Shown one piece after another: positions 48,496-61,566 of a stretch of DNA of 64,000 nucleotides. The position numbers and the translations under genes are program-made. The first letter of the stretch is position 1. Each line of letters begins with the position of its first letter. The notes below the pieces were generated by a model. It made no database searches. It was not told the origin of the DNA and saw nothing but the letters and a program-made list of their open reading frames with translations. Origin of the DNA: Lama guanicoe (taxonomy: Eukaryota); contig MU053482.1 in assembly GCA_013239625.1 (NCBI GenBank), positions 4,973,775-5,037,774 of the forward strand, given 5' to 3'.

Positions 48496-49524
48496 GATTC
48501 TGCACTAAGTAGTCCAAACTCCAACTTAGTACACTCCAGTGTGACCTATGACCCATCCATTTTTAAGTCTCTGTTTAGTTCACCGTCTATTGATTGGTGC
48601 CTACACATGCCATGCTGTGTAAGGTGGCATCTGTGCCTCTGGGGACTTGACCGTCCAGGACACTTACTGGTGTTTTCCATGGTCTCCAGGGGTACCAGAT
48701 TCCATATGTGCCTCTAGGTGGCACACAGTAGCCCCTCAAGGACACGGGTGAAATGAGGCCTGCTTTTCATTGATGTGGGAGGGCAGGAGAGGCTACAGAG
48801 CTCATGGTAAGAGATTGGGCTCGCAGCTCCAGTACCCTTGAGCTGGGGAACCCAGGCATAGGGACTGCAGGGAGGGGTGGGATTGCCCAGTACTGGGCTT
48901 GGGCCCTGCCTGAAGTCCCTCCATCTGCCTTTCCCTGTCTGCAGGGACCAACCTGCAGGCCTCCTCCATGAAGCACCCACGCCCACCCCAGCCCACAGGA
49001 AGCACTCCCTCCCAGACCCGGCCCTTCCCCTGGTGGGGCCCTGGGCCAGCCTGCACCATCACTCGGGCTGCACTCATTTTCCCTTTCCTAACCGTTGGGT
49101 CCTGTCTGTGGAGGTGGCAGACGGGCTCCTGGAGGCAGGCCCGGCCATGCACAAGTTAGGGGCTCAGCAATGCCTGTGGTTTGATTGGTCGGGGCTGGAT
49201 ATGAACAGTTCCTAAGCGAGGGCTTTTGCTTTATCCTTTTAAGGGAAGTTCATTCTCTCTGGTTGCCTCTCCTCCTCCTTTTGGAGACATTGCTAGAAGA
49301 TCTCAGCTACGGGGGCCCAGCCTGCACCCATCCATCCTTTACACTGCGGCTGCTAGAACATTTGCTCCAACACCAGCTCTGACCTAGTCCCTCCTCCCCC
49401 AGAGAAACCCCTCCTTCTGCTCACCCCATCTACAGCTGTTGTTGCAAATGTTGAAAAGAAAAATAAAATCAGTACATAAAACTGAAAGTCAGGAGGCAAT
49501 AAAGTATAAAGTTATCAATAAGCA

Positions 49525-49755
49525 TCTGGCCTCTAGCATCAGACAGACCTGGGTTCAGATCCAGACTCTGCCACTTTTGTAACCTTAGGCAAGTTGTCTA
49601 ACTGCTGTGAGCCTCCATTTCCTCATCTGTAAAATGGGGCTGCTGATAGCTCGTTTCCGGGGCTGTTTTGGAGATCAAACATGATGAGGTATGCAGAGTC
49701 CTTAGCAGAGTGTCTGGCCCGCATAGATACTCAATAAATGTTGGCTATTGTTACT
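49525..49755 (+). mobile_element. MIR (well preserved)
   Basis: cagacagacctgggttcagatcc...tttcctcatctgtaaaatgggg...ctcaataaatgttggctatt. Confidence 0.9.
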
Positions 49756-49859
49756 AGAGTATGAATTAATTTCTTAAGTTCTCATTTACCGCATTTACCA
49801 CCATACAGTGCACTAGGGATAATAGTTTGGCTGTTTGAACACAGAACGTTTTTAAAAAT

Positions 49860-50250
49860 AAATTTTTTTTTAACAGTTTCAGATTTACTGAAAAATTGTG
49901 AGGAGAATACAGAGAATTCCCGTGTGCTCTGTACCTAGTTTCCCCTATTGTTAACAGCTGACATTTGTATGACACATTTGTTACAGTTAATGAACCAGTA
50001 TCAATATATAACCATTAACTAGGGTCTGTATTTTATTTCCTTAGTTTTTACCTAAGAATGTCCTTTTTCTGTCCCAGGATTCCATCCAGGATACATTTAA
50101 TTGTCACATTTTCTCAGGCGCCTCTTGGCTGTGACAACTCTCTGGCTTTCCTTGTTTTCGATGATGGTTTTTGGGAGTATTGGTATTTTGTAGATGTTTT
50201 GTAGTCTGCCCCTCTGTCGGAATTTGTCTGTTTTTCTCCCGGTTAGACTG
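49860..50250 (-). mobile_element. L1MC-like 3' UTR fragment
   Basis: cagtttcagatttactgaaaaattg...gtttcccctattgttaaca...ttaatgaacca...ttctgtcccaggat. Confidence 0.8.
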
Positions 50251-53200
50251 GAATTGAACACAGGAATTTGCAGTCAGTGGATCGTGGATGGCTACTACAG
50301 CGTTCTCTTAGCTTCAACATCCATGAAATTAGAATCAAATGTCTGTGGGAAGCCTCAAGCACAGTTTGGAAAATCATGGATGGAGAAGTGGAGTCCAGGC
50401 TCCCCGGTGTGGCCTGCAGGGTCCTTCTCAGTCTGCCCTGCCCACTTCACCAGCCTCCTCTCACTGCTGGGAGGCCCCTGGCTTTGCCACAGTCTCCCAG
50501 TAGGTCTGAGCTTTCGGGCATATCGTTTCTTCTGCTTGGAATGCCTGTCCTCCGTACTCTGCCTGGCTAATTCCTGGCCTCTAAGGTCCAGTTTAACTTT
50601 TGCCTCCTCCCTGGTATCTTTCCTTCTTTCCCTAAGGAGGCTGGCACTGTCCCCGAGGTTCCCTTAAAACTTGGCACGTCTCTTTGTATTGTCCTTCTCG
50701 GTTCATGGGTCTGCCTCTTCTCTAGGCTGGGACTGAGTCGAACTCCTCTCTATTCTTCATGCCCATTGTGAGGCCTGGCATGCAGTAGGTGCTCAAGAGA
50801 TGCTTAGTGAATGACTCTGACATTGGAGAGAGGCTCTGTGTCCATAGCAGCCTTCACACAGCACGTTGCCATGATCCTAGGAATGTGGGTTGTCCCAGTG
50901 GATGATCGATGCCAGTGACCAATCCTTGGGTGTCTCATTTAAGGCTGCTTTCTCCCTGCCCCAGAGGGGTGTATGAACACGAAAAGGGCCACCAGGGGGC
51001 TCCAGGAAGCAGTTCACCACCCAGCCCGAGAGGAAGATTCAGTGGTGGCTTCAGCAAGTCTTGGGTCCTGCAGAATTCACAAAGTGTGTCCAAAGAGAGC
51101 TCTGTTTTGCTACTGATGTGCCAGGCCCTGTAGCAAGGACAGGATGTACCAGCCTGTTCTGAAAACATGTGTGGGCCCTGGACAGTCTTTTTTCCCCAGA
51201 GGTCTCTGCATGCAGAAATCAGGACAAAAGATACCGATAGCCAAGAAATAATATTTGCAGGAGCAAGTGATCTCGTTACAGCCGCCAACAGACCTTCAGT
51301 TAATTCAGATTTCCCAATTTCTGCTTCCGCTACAGCGTTAATAGTTCCCCTGGATCGGAAACGCCTAATGAATATTCCTAAAGCCAAGATTATCACTGAG
51401 GAGTTGGAGCCAATATCTCAGGGCTTTGTTTGAATTCTGTTGGAGTGGGGGAGAATAGCTGACTTAATTTGAGATAATGAAGCTTGAATTAGAAATTGCT
51501 CTGTGAGGTCAGTAACATCTACTATTTTGTTCTTGTGGCAGACAGTATGAACAGCAGTAAGAGTTACAACAGCTCTCGTGTGTTGGGTGCCTACTCCATG
51601 CTAGTCATTGGGGTGGAGATGTCTGCCCATGCCAGACATTTGCCCTTGGGCATCCAAAGGGAATTAGAGCAGTATAATCCCTGCCAGTTCTGCTACAACA
51701 ATATGAGTTCCATTTCACAGATGAGGAAACTGAGGCCCAGGCACATTAAGTGGTCTGTCAAGGCTGGAAATCAAATTCTGTCTGGCTTCAAGACCTAAAG
51801 TCCAGTCGGTCACCCAGACATACCCGAAAAGGACCTAAAATAGTTGCCAGTCATGAAACATGTCTGTGCCCCAGTTGAGTGGGAAGGGATTATCACATGA
51901 GACAGAAATGTGTAGGTGTTATAAGTAAATGCATCATTAATAATAATAATAAAAAGAATGATAGTACCTTACAGCTCTGGGGCCATGAGCTTCCTGGCAG
52001 TCATGATAGACAAGTGAAAATAAAAATACAGAGGGATATCTGCTAGAATTTAATGCTGTTTGTACTCAGAAGACTTTTATAGTTTACTCTAAGAGCAAAG
52101 TTAAGTTGGAACCTCTAAACTCACACGTTTTAAGAGGCAGACTCCTCCTCCTTAAGGGTTTTGACCCAGCTGCACGTGATCCTCCCACATCCATCTCCTG
52201 TTTGGCTCCTCAAATGCGATTGTGGTCGGGTTAGGTGCCCATCGGACAGGCTCCAGGAGACTGGCACTGGCGGCTCCCTGTCCCAAAGGCTCTCTCACCA
52301 GGATTTCTGAGAATGAAAATACTGAACGCTAGAGTCCAGAACCAAACTTGGAGAACACTCAAGCCCCAGCTGAAAGCCATTAATCGTCCATCCACGGCTT
52401 TCTTAAACAGGAGAGAGTTTGCAACTGGAGAGCAGTGCCATTTCTGCACAAAACCATGACTAAAGGATCATGTGCAAAAACCTCTTGGACTTTCATCCCA
52501 CACGATAGCCTAAGTCCCTTTAGAAGCCGCCAAGGTTCTCAGGACCGGGTGTGCGCCGTGCCCTTGGCATGTCCACAGCATGTCCACCGCCCGCACTCCA
52601 GGACTCGGCCCAGGCCAGCACGGAGCTATTAATTATTTTTCTTTGTCAAACCTTTGTCAGCAACTTCATCTCAAAAGAAGTGGTTTATATTCCCTTGGGC
52701 AGTGTTTAGGACTCTAGTAAATAAGAGGTAATTACACCCTACTTTTAAAACTAAGACACAAAAAAGCTAACGATGCCAGCCAGGAGTTACTTAGATTTTA
52801 CAGCAGCCTACTTCCCTCAACTCAACAGGCTGAATTTGCTGTTTCGTGCAGACTCTGAGAGGTTTGAGTGGTTTAGAGGGTAGATTCTTCTTTCAGGAGG
52901 CCTGAAACTCCTTCTCTGTTGCCTCCGGTTAGTACGAAATAATGCTTCAAATTCTTCTGTATTTCAGCCCCTCTGGAGGAATTTAAGGCTCTAAAGCTGC
53001 AATTAAAATGTGAGCATTAAAGAGTCGCAAGATTAAATGAGAGAATGTATCAGAAAGCATTTGGAGATGTTTTTATTGCATCATGTTCTTTCTATGTGCA
53101 TAATGCTTGGATTTGGCAGGGAAGGAAGAAAGGCGTTCTTGTCTGTGGCTGCTGAGAATTTCTTTCTTTCTTTTTGTTTTTTTGTTTTTTAGTCCCCTAG

Positions 53201-53394
53201 TTTGTGCTTGGAAAGTGAAAATATATTCAAGTGAATCCTTACAAACATTTGATCTTGTTTTCATAGGAAGTGAGAGGAATTGTGGAAAGTAACTGAAAAA
53301 GTGGAATTAGATTCCTAATGTCGTTTGGCCAGTGACCCCGTCTGCAGGGTGGTAGAGGCATTCTGTGGGGTGTGGCTGGCCCTTGAAGCCTGTT

Positions 53395-53528
53395 CTTTTT
53401 TTTTTTTTTTTTTTTACAAGGGAGGAAGCAAGTAGGTTTATTTATTTAATGGAGGTACGGGGGATTGAACCCAGGACCTTGTGTATGCTGAACAGGCACT
53501 CGACCACTGAGCTATACCCTCCCCAACT
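53395..53528 (-). mobile_element. tRNA-Ala-derived SINE (vic-1-like)
   Basis: T-tail then tggaggtacgggggattgaacccaggacct...accactgagctataccctcccc. TSD ttga(a/t)gcctgtt at 53383-53394 and 53529-53540. Confidence 0.9.
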
Positions 53529-55319
53529 TTGATGCCTGTTAACAAACCTCTCATGAATGGGCCTGGTGGAACTCAGTGAAGCTTTGCCTCATGGAGATTT
53601 TTGGGAAGAGAAGGCATCTTCCCATTGTGTCAGAGGAACTAATACTGCAGATTGAAGGGCCATGATCTTTTGAGAACATAAGGCTGGATGCAGGGACCCA
53701 CCTGGGCACTGGCAGGGTGGCTTAGCTCTTTGCTTTTCACCCATGTCACCCACCCCAACCTCCTGGATAAGTGATGTACGGAGCACCAAGGACTTCAGGA
53801 CTTGGGGAGAGAGTTTACCCCTGACAGGTGAGCTGCTGGCTGTACTTGCACAGACGGGCATTTGGGCACCAGACATCTGAGAATACCCCCAGAAGACATT
53901 GTAGGGCCCATGGGAGCAAAGATGGAATGAGAAACTTGAAACAAAGAGTCCAACATGGCAGAGTGGAAAGAGTCGAGTTTCGTGTGCAATACGCTGAGCT
54001 TTCTCATAAGGGCTTTCATTTCTGTAAATTATAGGAGAAAGCCCTATTCTGACAACCCTGCACTTAAGACATCTCACCCACTGTGACTATTAAGTGGCAT
54101 TATCTTGCCCTTCCCACCCCCACCCCCAGATGTGCTTTGATAACCAGGCAGCACTCTCTGATGTCATCAGTACTTAAATTTATTTGGAGGGCTGAGGAAA
54201 GTTTTAGCCGATGAGAAACAATGGCCAGTGTTTGCTCTCCAGGGGAATCAGCCTTGACATCATCTGAACCTAAGACATTTTCTGGACTGTGGTATATATT
54301 ATCGCCAATCTTAATTTGAGGCAGAGATGTTAGCATAATTTCATTTTGAAATATGGTGGTAGTAAAAAGTTCAGTATTAACATGAGTCGTCAATAATTCA
54401 AACTTTTATTTGCTCTGATATCAAAGGAATATCTTTGTGTCCCCACCAGCGGGCCTTAAGAGGGAGAGATTTAGCGTTTTGCTGATAATAGTACTTTTTC
54501 AGCCCAATTTGATTTTTTTCTTAAAGAAGAACTGTTTTTTTTTTTTTTTTTTCTTTGTAACCCATTTGTTTAGTTTCTGGAGTCCACAAGAGTCCTGCAT
54601 GGCTCCCTGGGTCTTCGTGAAAAGGCGCATGACCTTTCCCACTAAGCTGTCAGCGCTAATCTGTGCATGCCTTATTAGGGGCAGAAAGTTGGAAAACTTA
54701 TGAGAACTGTTTATAATCTCCATTTGTTTCCCCTTTCGACATCTTAAGCCCACGGTGAACTGGCTGTTTTGGCAAAGAGGTCTTAAGTGGAATGATTGAG
54801 GGGGCATTTTTCCCCCTTGGTGGAACTGATTGACTAGCCTATGTGACCAGCTTTAGAAAACTTTTCATCTGTAGAATAATTTTGGCCATTATGAACATAA
54901 ATGGCTTTGTCACCCTTTAGCAGGCAGATGGAGCATGTGTTTCACATTATTAATTCGAGGCAGCATTACAGCCCCTTGAAGCAACTTTTAAGAAAGCGGC
55001 GTCTACACGTCCCCATCTTGCTTCCAGTTCCACTGCACAAGGCAGTGTTAACACTGTCCAGGGTTGTGGAACAGCCCCTTCTGATGGGAATGCTGTGTGA
55101 CGTGAACCCTGCCAAAAACTAATGGATCATTTACAGGAAATAAGAAGTTAAGGATGAGGATGAGTCAGTAAACTTCAAAGCAAACCCATTTCCACAGAAC
55201 TTAAATAATGAATACCAAAAACTAAAGATTTCACAGACAGCTTCTACAGCTCTCTGTGCAGCTGGAACCTTCGCCCGACTGCATCACTGTGTGCTTTGGT
55301 GAAGGGTCCCTACTGCTTC

Positions 55320-55475
55320 AGGAAGGAAGAGGAGATGAGGAAGGAAGGAAAAAAAGGGAGAAAGAGAAGGGTGGCGATGGAAAGGAAAGAAGGGAAGCGA
55401 TTTGAAAAGAAAAAGGAGAGGAGGGAGGATGGAGGGAGGAAGAACAGAGATGGAGGGGCAGAGGATGGGGGCAAT
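55320..55475. repeat. Purine-rich low-complexity tract
   Basis: Almost only A/G for about 150 nt. Confidence 0.8.
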
Positions 55476-55769
55476 AAAAAGGTGGGTAGTTCAGTCTCAT
55501 TTTGCGTGGCAAGTATCCTGGTACATCTGTCACGTGGGTCTCTGTTTAGTGGATAACTAACGTCAAAAAAAATTGTGTATCTTTTAAATGCCACTGAGTC
55601 ATTTATGAGCTCACAGACAAGGGGTTTAAGGAGTTTCATTTTGGAACTACTTATAATGGAGAACTGTGTTTGAGAAAATTGAGGGCTGGTTCAGATTATA
55701 AGCACAGTGCAGAGGTCTCTCACTTTAAGGAACCTTGTATATCAATGAAATAGACTGATTAGGGAGATT

Positions 55770-56245
55770 TGTGCATATTATTAAAAATATTCTGATCCAA
55801 CGATTCCACCTTCAGGAGTTTAGTCTTAAGAAGTAATTGGACAAGGGTCTGAACCCTAGGTGGTTAACAGCATTGTTCAGACTTATGAAAACCTTGAAAT
55901 AAACTATATATCTAATAAGAAGAGACATTAAATAAATCATGGTGTATGTATATGTACATATATAATATAGTATAACGTCATTAAAATACAGTGCAGTTCT
56001 CTATTATTGACCTGGAGTGATTTTCACAGTATGTTCATTGAAAACTTTGCAGAAAGCATTTTTATATATATTTATATATGTATATACATTTATATTTGCA
56101 TTGAACAAAGTCTGGAAATGTATACCTAAAGTGTAAAAAGTGATTAAAACTGGAAGGTAGGGTTTGAAGTTATTTTAATATTCTTGTCTGCATTTTCTAA
56201 TTTATTTCCTACAATGGATATATATTACTTCCTAATATAAAAAAC
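55770..56245 (+). mobile_element. Old L1 (L1ME-like) 3' fragment
   Basis: gattccaccttcaggagttta...aaataaatcatggtgtat...tgcattttctaatttatttcctacaatg. Confidence 0.6.
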
Positions 56246-57657
56246 AATTGGTAGCAGGAGTGTTCACTCTGAGAGAGTATTTATTGTAGCTTTTCTCCCC
56301 ACAGAGAAGGGCCCAGGTTAAGTTTGTGATGACAGAGCCCCTCCCAATGTTGGGAAGGGAAGAAAGACTTTCCCAAATGTCAAAATCCTGTTTCTGGGTC
56401 TTTTTTGTTTCAAGGGCCCTATGGCCTGCCTTCTTGCTCATCGCCTGACCTGAGTCTTGCCGGGCGGCTGGAGCCCACAGAGGCCCTTCCAGCCGGGCAA
56501 CACGGAGGGGAGAGGCAGCAGGGCACCTCCGGCTGGGTAGTACCTTTCCTCTGGGTTGGAGGCTCACCAGTACCAGGTTCTAATGCCAAGTGACCAAGAC
56601 CAGCTTGGGGATTTTAAAAGACTTGGGTAGGGGGAAGAAATCACAGATTTGAAAGATAGCCCCACACTGCCAATCATTGGAAGGTTCTTACTGGCATAGC
56701 CCTTTGGGCCCTGAGGAAAATCAGGAACTGAATTCCTACCCCATTCTCAGAAATGCTCCAAAGAAATTAGCATGGGCCCACTGGGAGTCTGAGTTGGGGG
56801 TGTGGGCCCCTCCCTGGCTTTTGTTCTCCGTGAGAGATGCTCCCAGTCTCTGGGTGACAGGGGGTTTTGTGGCCTCCTTGTGGGCCTGGTGAGGGTGCCC
56901 TGGGACACCACAGGCCTCTGAGGTGTCCCTCCACATCTCACGCTCCCATCTGCCCCGGGGGCGGTGGGGACCTCTGGGACCACTTCCCACTCCTGTCTTG
57001 GTTTCTTTTTGTTGGATCCAGCTGGTCTCATCCCTGGGGCAGGATGGCTGTGGGAGGAGGACGAAGACAGTTGGGATTCTTTAGCTGGTGGGTTGCTGGC
57101 CTGGAGCAGAGCCCAGCTTCTCAGCCAGCCCTGCCATAGCCTCCCCCGCCCCAGTTCACGGTTGAGACTTGAGAGTCGGTTCTTACTTGATCTGGAGCCA
57201 GAGTGATGGCTGCTTACTTCTGTAAGGCAACTGGACCTCATTGGAGCCAAATTTCAGCTTTACCCACCACCCACTGGCTTTGTGATTCAGGCAGATCACT
57301 TAACCTCTCTGAGCCTCTGTTTCCTCATCTGTAAAATTTCAGCTTTTTGAGGTGTGGAGATTGGGGTAGGGGTTGAAGACCAAGTGCCATAACATAGGAA
57401 AGTGCTTCAAATAGTACCTTGTGCACTGTAATAATTATTACTCCTGTGATGACTGGCATTTATTGAACAATACTTTGTGTCAGGCTCTTTTATAAATGCT
57501 TTGCATTTAGAAGTTTACTTAATCTTCACAATGGCCTCTGAAGCAGGTAGTAATTTCATTTACACATGGGAAAATTGAACCATAAAGAAACTGAATAACT
57601 TGCCCAAGTTAATAACTAACTTGAATGAGTGAAGTAACTAGGCTGTGACCAAGTTCT

Positions 57658-58665
57658 TTTTTCTTTTTTTTTTAACTATGGTAAAATACACATAACATAA
57701 GGTTTACCCTTTTAACCATGTTCAAGTGTGCAGGTCAGTAGTGTAAAGTCCATTGACATTGCTATGCAGCTGATCTCCAGGACTCTTTTCATCTGACGAA
57801 GCTGAAACTCTGCACCCATCCAACAGTGACTCCCCATCACCCCCTCCCCCAAGACCCACCATTCTACTTTCTGTCCCTGTTTATTGAACTCTATACCTCA
57901 TATAAGTAGAAGCAGGCAGTATGTGTCTTTTTGTGACTGGTTTATTTCACTTTGTGTAATGTTCTCAGGATTTGTCTATGTTGTAGCCTGTGTCAGAATT
58001 TACTTTCTTTTTAAGGCTGAATAATATTCCATTGTTTATCCATTCGTCAGTCCCTGGACGTTTGGCTATTGTGAATAATGCTATTATGAACATAGATATA
58101 TCTATTCGAGTCCCCACTTCCGATTCTTTTGGGCATATAATCAAAAGTAGACTTGCTGGATCATATGGTAATTCTGTTTCTAACTTTTCGAGGAACCACC
58201 ATACCGTTTTCCGCAGTGGCTGTACAAATTCATGTTCCTACCAGTACTGCACAAGGATTCCAGTATCTCCGCATCCTTGCCAAGATGTATTGTTTATTTT
58301 TTTCTTAGTAGCTTATCCTAGTGGGTGTGAGGTGGTATCTCATTGTGGTTTTGATGTGCATTTCCCTCCTGATTAGTGACGAGAGCATCTTTTCGTGTGC
58401 TTTTGGGCCATTTGTGTATCTTTGGAGAAATGTCTATTCAAATTCTTTGCCCAATTTTCAATCAAGTTTTTTTGTTGTTGTTAAGTTGTAGTTTTTAATA
58501 TATTCTGTGTAGTAACCCCTTATCAGATACATGATTTACAAATATTTTCTTCTGTGAGTTGCTTTTTCACTCTGCTGGTTGTATCCTTTGATGCACAGAA
58601 GTTTTAAATTGGATGTAGTTCAGTTTATTTTTAACATTTATTGCCTTTGCTTTTGGTGTCATAGC
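57658..58665 (-). mobile_element. L1 3' fragment (L1MA/MB-like)
   Basis: ggtaaaatacacataacataa...ggatcatatggtaattct...tttggagaaatgtctattca...cctttgcttttggtgtcatag. Confidence 0.9.
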
Positions 58666-60069
58666 AAAACAAGGAATTCTTTTGGGTAATCTACAGTTGA
58701 GGGAAGAAACAGATTCTACTCATTTTGTTTGGAAAAGTAAGACGTGAAGACAGAAGCCACTGCTCTGCATGGTGTTGAATAGTGAGAGAGACTTAATAAA
58801 AAAAGAAGATATGAGACTATAACTAAGGGAAGGCACTTTGGGATTGGACCCCAGCCCAAAATCGAGAGAAAAGAGCCCAAGAACACTATATTAGCAGATA
58901 CTATATGAGGCAGAATAAAGAAAGCATCCTAAAGGACTGAGAGCCAGAAAGTCGGAATAAGAATAAAAAAATAAGGAGAAGATGGGGACATGATGGGCCT
59001 TTGACAGTCTAAAGGGGGGAAAAGGTGGTGTGCATTAGGGAAGGAATTATTGGGTTGAAATATGAGCAGAGAAGTTGAAAAATTCTGGCTAGGGAAAAGG
59101 GAGAGTCTACTGACTGGGGTAAAGTGGATTTTGCAACAGCAGAGGAGAAAAGGCAGGACGGAGAGGAAGTGAGGCTGCTAATTAAGAGAGAGGGAGGAGA
59201 GGCTTTTCAGAGACCCAAGGAAATGACTGCAGAGCTGAGTTCTTAGTCCCTTTCAGCCTTCCCCATGAGGGGTTCCAGGAACAATGAAGCGGGCACAGCC
59301 GCAGCAGGCGAGGCAACAGGAGGAATGGGAGTAACTGAAGAGCATGCGGAGAAATATCTGAAGCCCGTGCACGTCCTTTGGTTTCTGGTATTTATTTAAA
59401 AAACGGGGAGAACTGCAGGAAAAATCCTGGCCACAATAGTTGCCACAAAGCCCTGAAAGGTGGGGGAAGTGTTCAGTGTCTGAGGCAAGCAAACTGGAAA
59501 CAGCAGCAGCCTGGCCTGTAGACAACTCCACGAGCCAGGAGAAAGTTCAGCTGGAGAGAGCACTGTGCTGGGAGCCTAGAGGCCTGGTGCAGCCTGGCTT
59601 GGCCGTGAATTTACCCCACTTCAGTGATTCCTCACATTTTCGGCTAGAAAGCAAAGGCCACAGCTAGTTGATTGTCGTTTCAAAGAAACAAAGAGTCTTA
59701 TTCAAATGGTCTCTAGTCTTATTCAAATGGTTTATTTTAAGGACGCATGTGGACAAGAAGTCTGAAAAAGCAGGCGGGGCAGGCCACAGGCTGAGCAGAC
59801 ACCACCTGAGAACTGGACCTTCAGGGGGAAGGAACCTGAAGGGTGCTCGGAACCTCAGGCAGCTGGAGAGGCTTAGAGGTGGAAGTCTCTGGACTTTCAG
59901 CCTGGTGTCCTGCCACTAAAGGGACTCTGTTCTGTTCTCTAGTGACAGATAGCTTCCTGGCCCTCCTCTCTGGATCTTTCCTCTGCATCTTTGCTTCTGT
60001 TTGAAGTAAGGACTGTTTTGTGGGCTCAGATCCTGAGCCCAAGACTTGTTCTTAGTGGATGATGAGGAC

Positions 60070-60310
60070 GATAATAACAGCTAACATTTATTGAGTGCCT
60101 ACTATGTGCCAAGCACTGTTCTAAGCACATTATAGGTCTTATAGCATTTAATCTTCTTACCAATCCTATGGGGTGTGAACCATCATTATCCCCAGTTGGA
60201 AAAAACTGAGGCCCAGTGAAGCCATTTGCTGTGGTCACACAGCTAGTAAATGGCATAAGCAGCCTCCAGGTCCGGGTGGTAAACTCCAAAGCCTGTGCCC
60301 TGCACCCCAG
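60070..60310 (-). mobile_element. MIR (well preserved)
   Basis: gctaacatttattgagtgcctactatgtgccaagcactgttctaagc...aaactgaggccc...ggtcacacagctagtaaatggca. Confidence 0.9.
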
Positions 60311-61009
60311 CACCCCATCCCACTGCTCCCAGCAAGGCCTGGAAGGAGGTCTTAAATTCCTCTTTCCCTCAACGGTCACGCAAGCGGCAGTCAACTGTCT
60401 GTTCATATCAACCTGTTAAGGACTTTTTTTTTTTTCCTTTTTGGTATTTATGAATCTGTACCAGCTCTGAGGGGTGGTATTTTCCTGAGTTTACGATGTG
60501 TTTTATCTTGATGGACTCGGGTGTTTGCCATTATGGATTGATTGACATGAAATGGTCAGGGAGATGGGCTGGCAAGAAGGACGGCTGAGGATCTGATTCA
60601 GCTACAGAGAGTGGCCCAGACAGGGGCATTCAAACATGGTAACAGAGGGATCACAGACATCTCAGCCTCGTTAGGAAATCTAGGCCAAGACATGGGACTA
60701 GAATTCAGAATGGGGGTGGGGGGCAGGTTGGTGCTGGTGGCCATTAAACCATGAGAATGAATGAACTTTCCTAGAGAGAGTGTAGGATGTGGGGACTCCG
60801 ACTACATTTATCAGATTCTTTCCCTAAATGGGAATGTGCTTCTATTGAATATTCTTGTACTTTTTTTTAGCTTAAAAATTGTTCTGTATTTACATTTCTA
60901 TCCATTGATCTATTTACATGATCACTTACAGGTTTTAATAACTTCATAGAATCCCATTGAATTACTATACTGAATTTACTTAACCTGTTTCCCCGTGACT
61001 GGACATTTA

Positions 61010-61532
61010 TTTACTTATATTTATTGAAGTACAGTTGATTTACAATGTTTTGTTAGTTTCTGGTACACGGCATAGTTATTCAGTTATTTAGAATATATAT
61101 TGAGTTTTGTTTATATATATATATACACACACACACACATACATACAGCATACTTATTCAGAATATATGTCTTCTTTTCCAGATTCTTTTCTGTTTTAAT
61201 TTATTACAAGATATTGACTGTAGTTCCCTGTGCTATATACAGTAAGACCTTGTTGTTGATCTGTTTTATATATAGTAGTGTGTATCTGCTAATCCCAGAC
61301 TTTTAATTTGTTCTTTACCCTTTGGTAGCTATAAGTTTGTTTTCTACATCTGTGAGTCTGTTTCTGTTTTGTTAGTATGTTCATTTGTATAATTTTTTAG
61401 AATTCCACATATAAGTGATGTCATCTGATATTTGTCTTTGTCTGACTTGCTTCACTTAGTATGATAATCTCTAGATCCATCCATGTTGCTGCAAATGGCG
61501 TTATTTCATTCTTTTTTTATGACTAAGATTCC

Positions 61533-61566
<34 letters not shown>

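Noticed and set aside
55296..55639. Lys/Glu/Arg-rich ORF and its Phe/Ser/Leu-rich antisense ORFs
   Set aside because: Translation of a purine-rich low-complexity tract.
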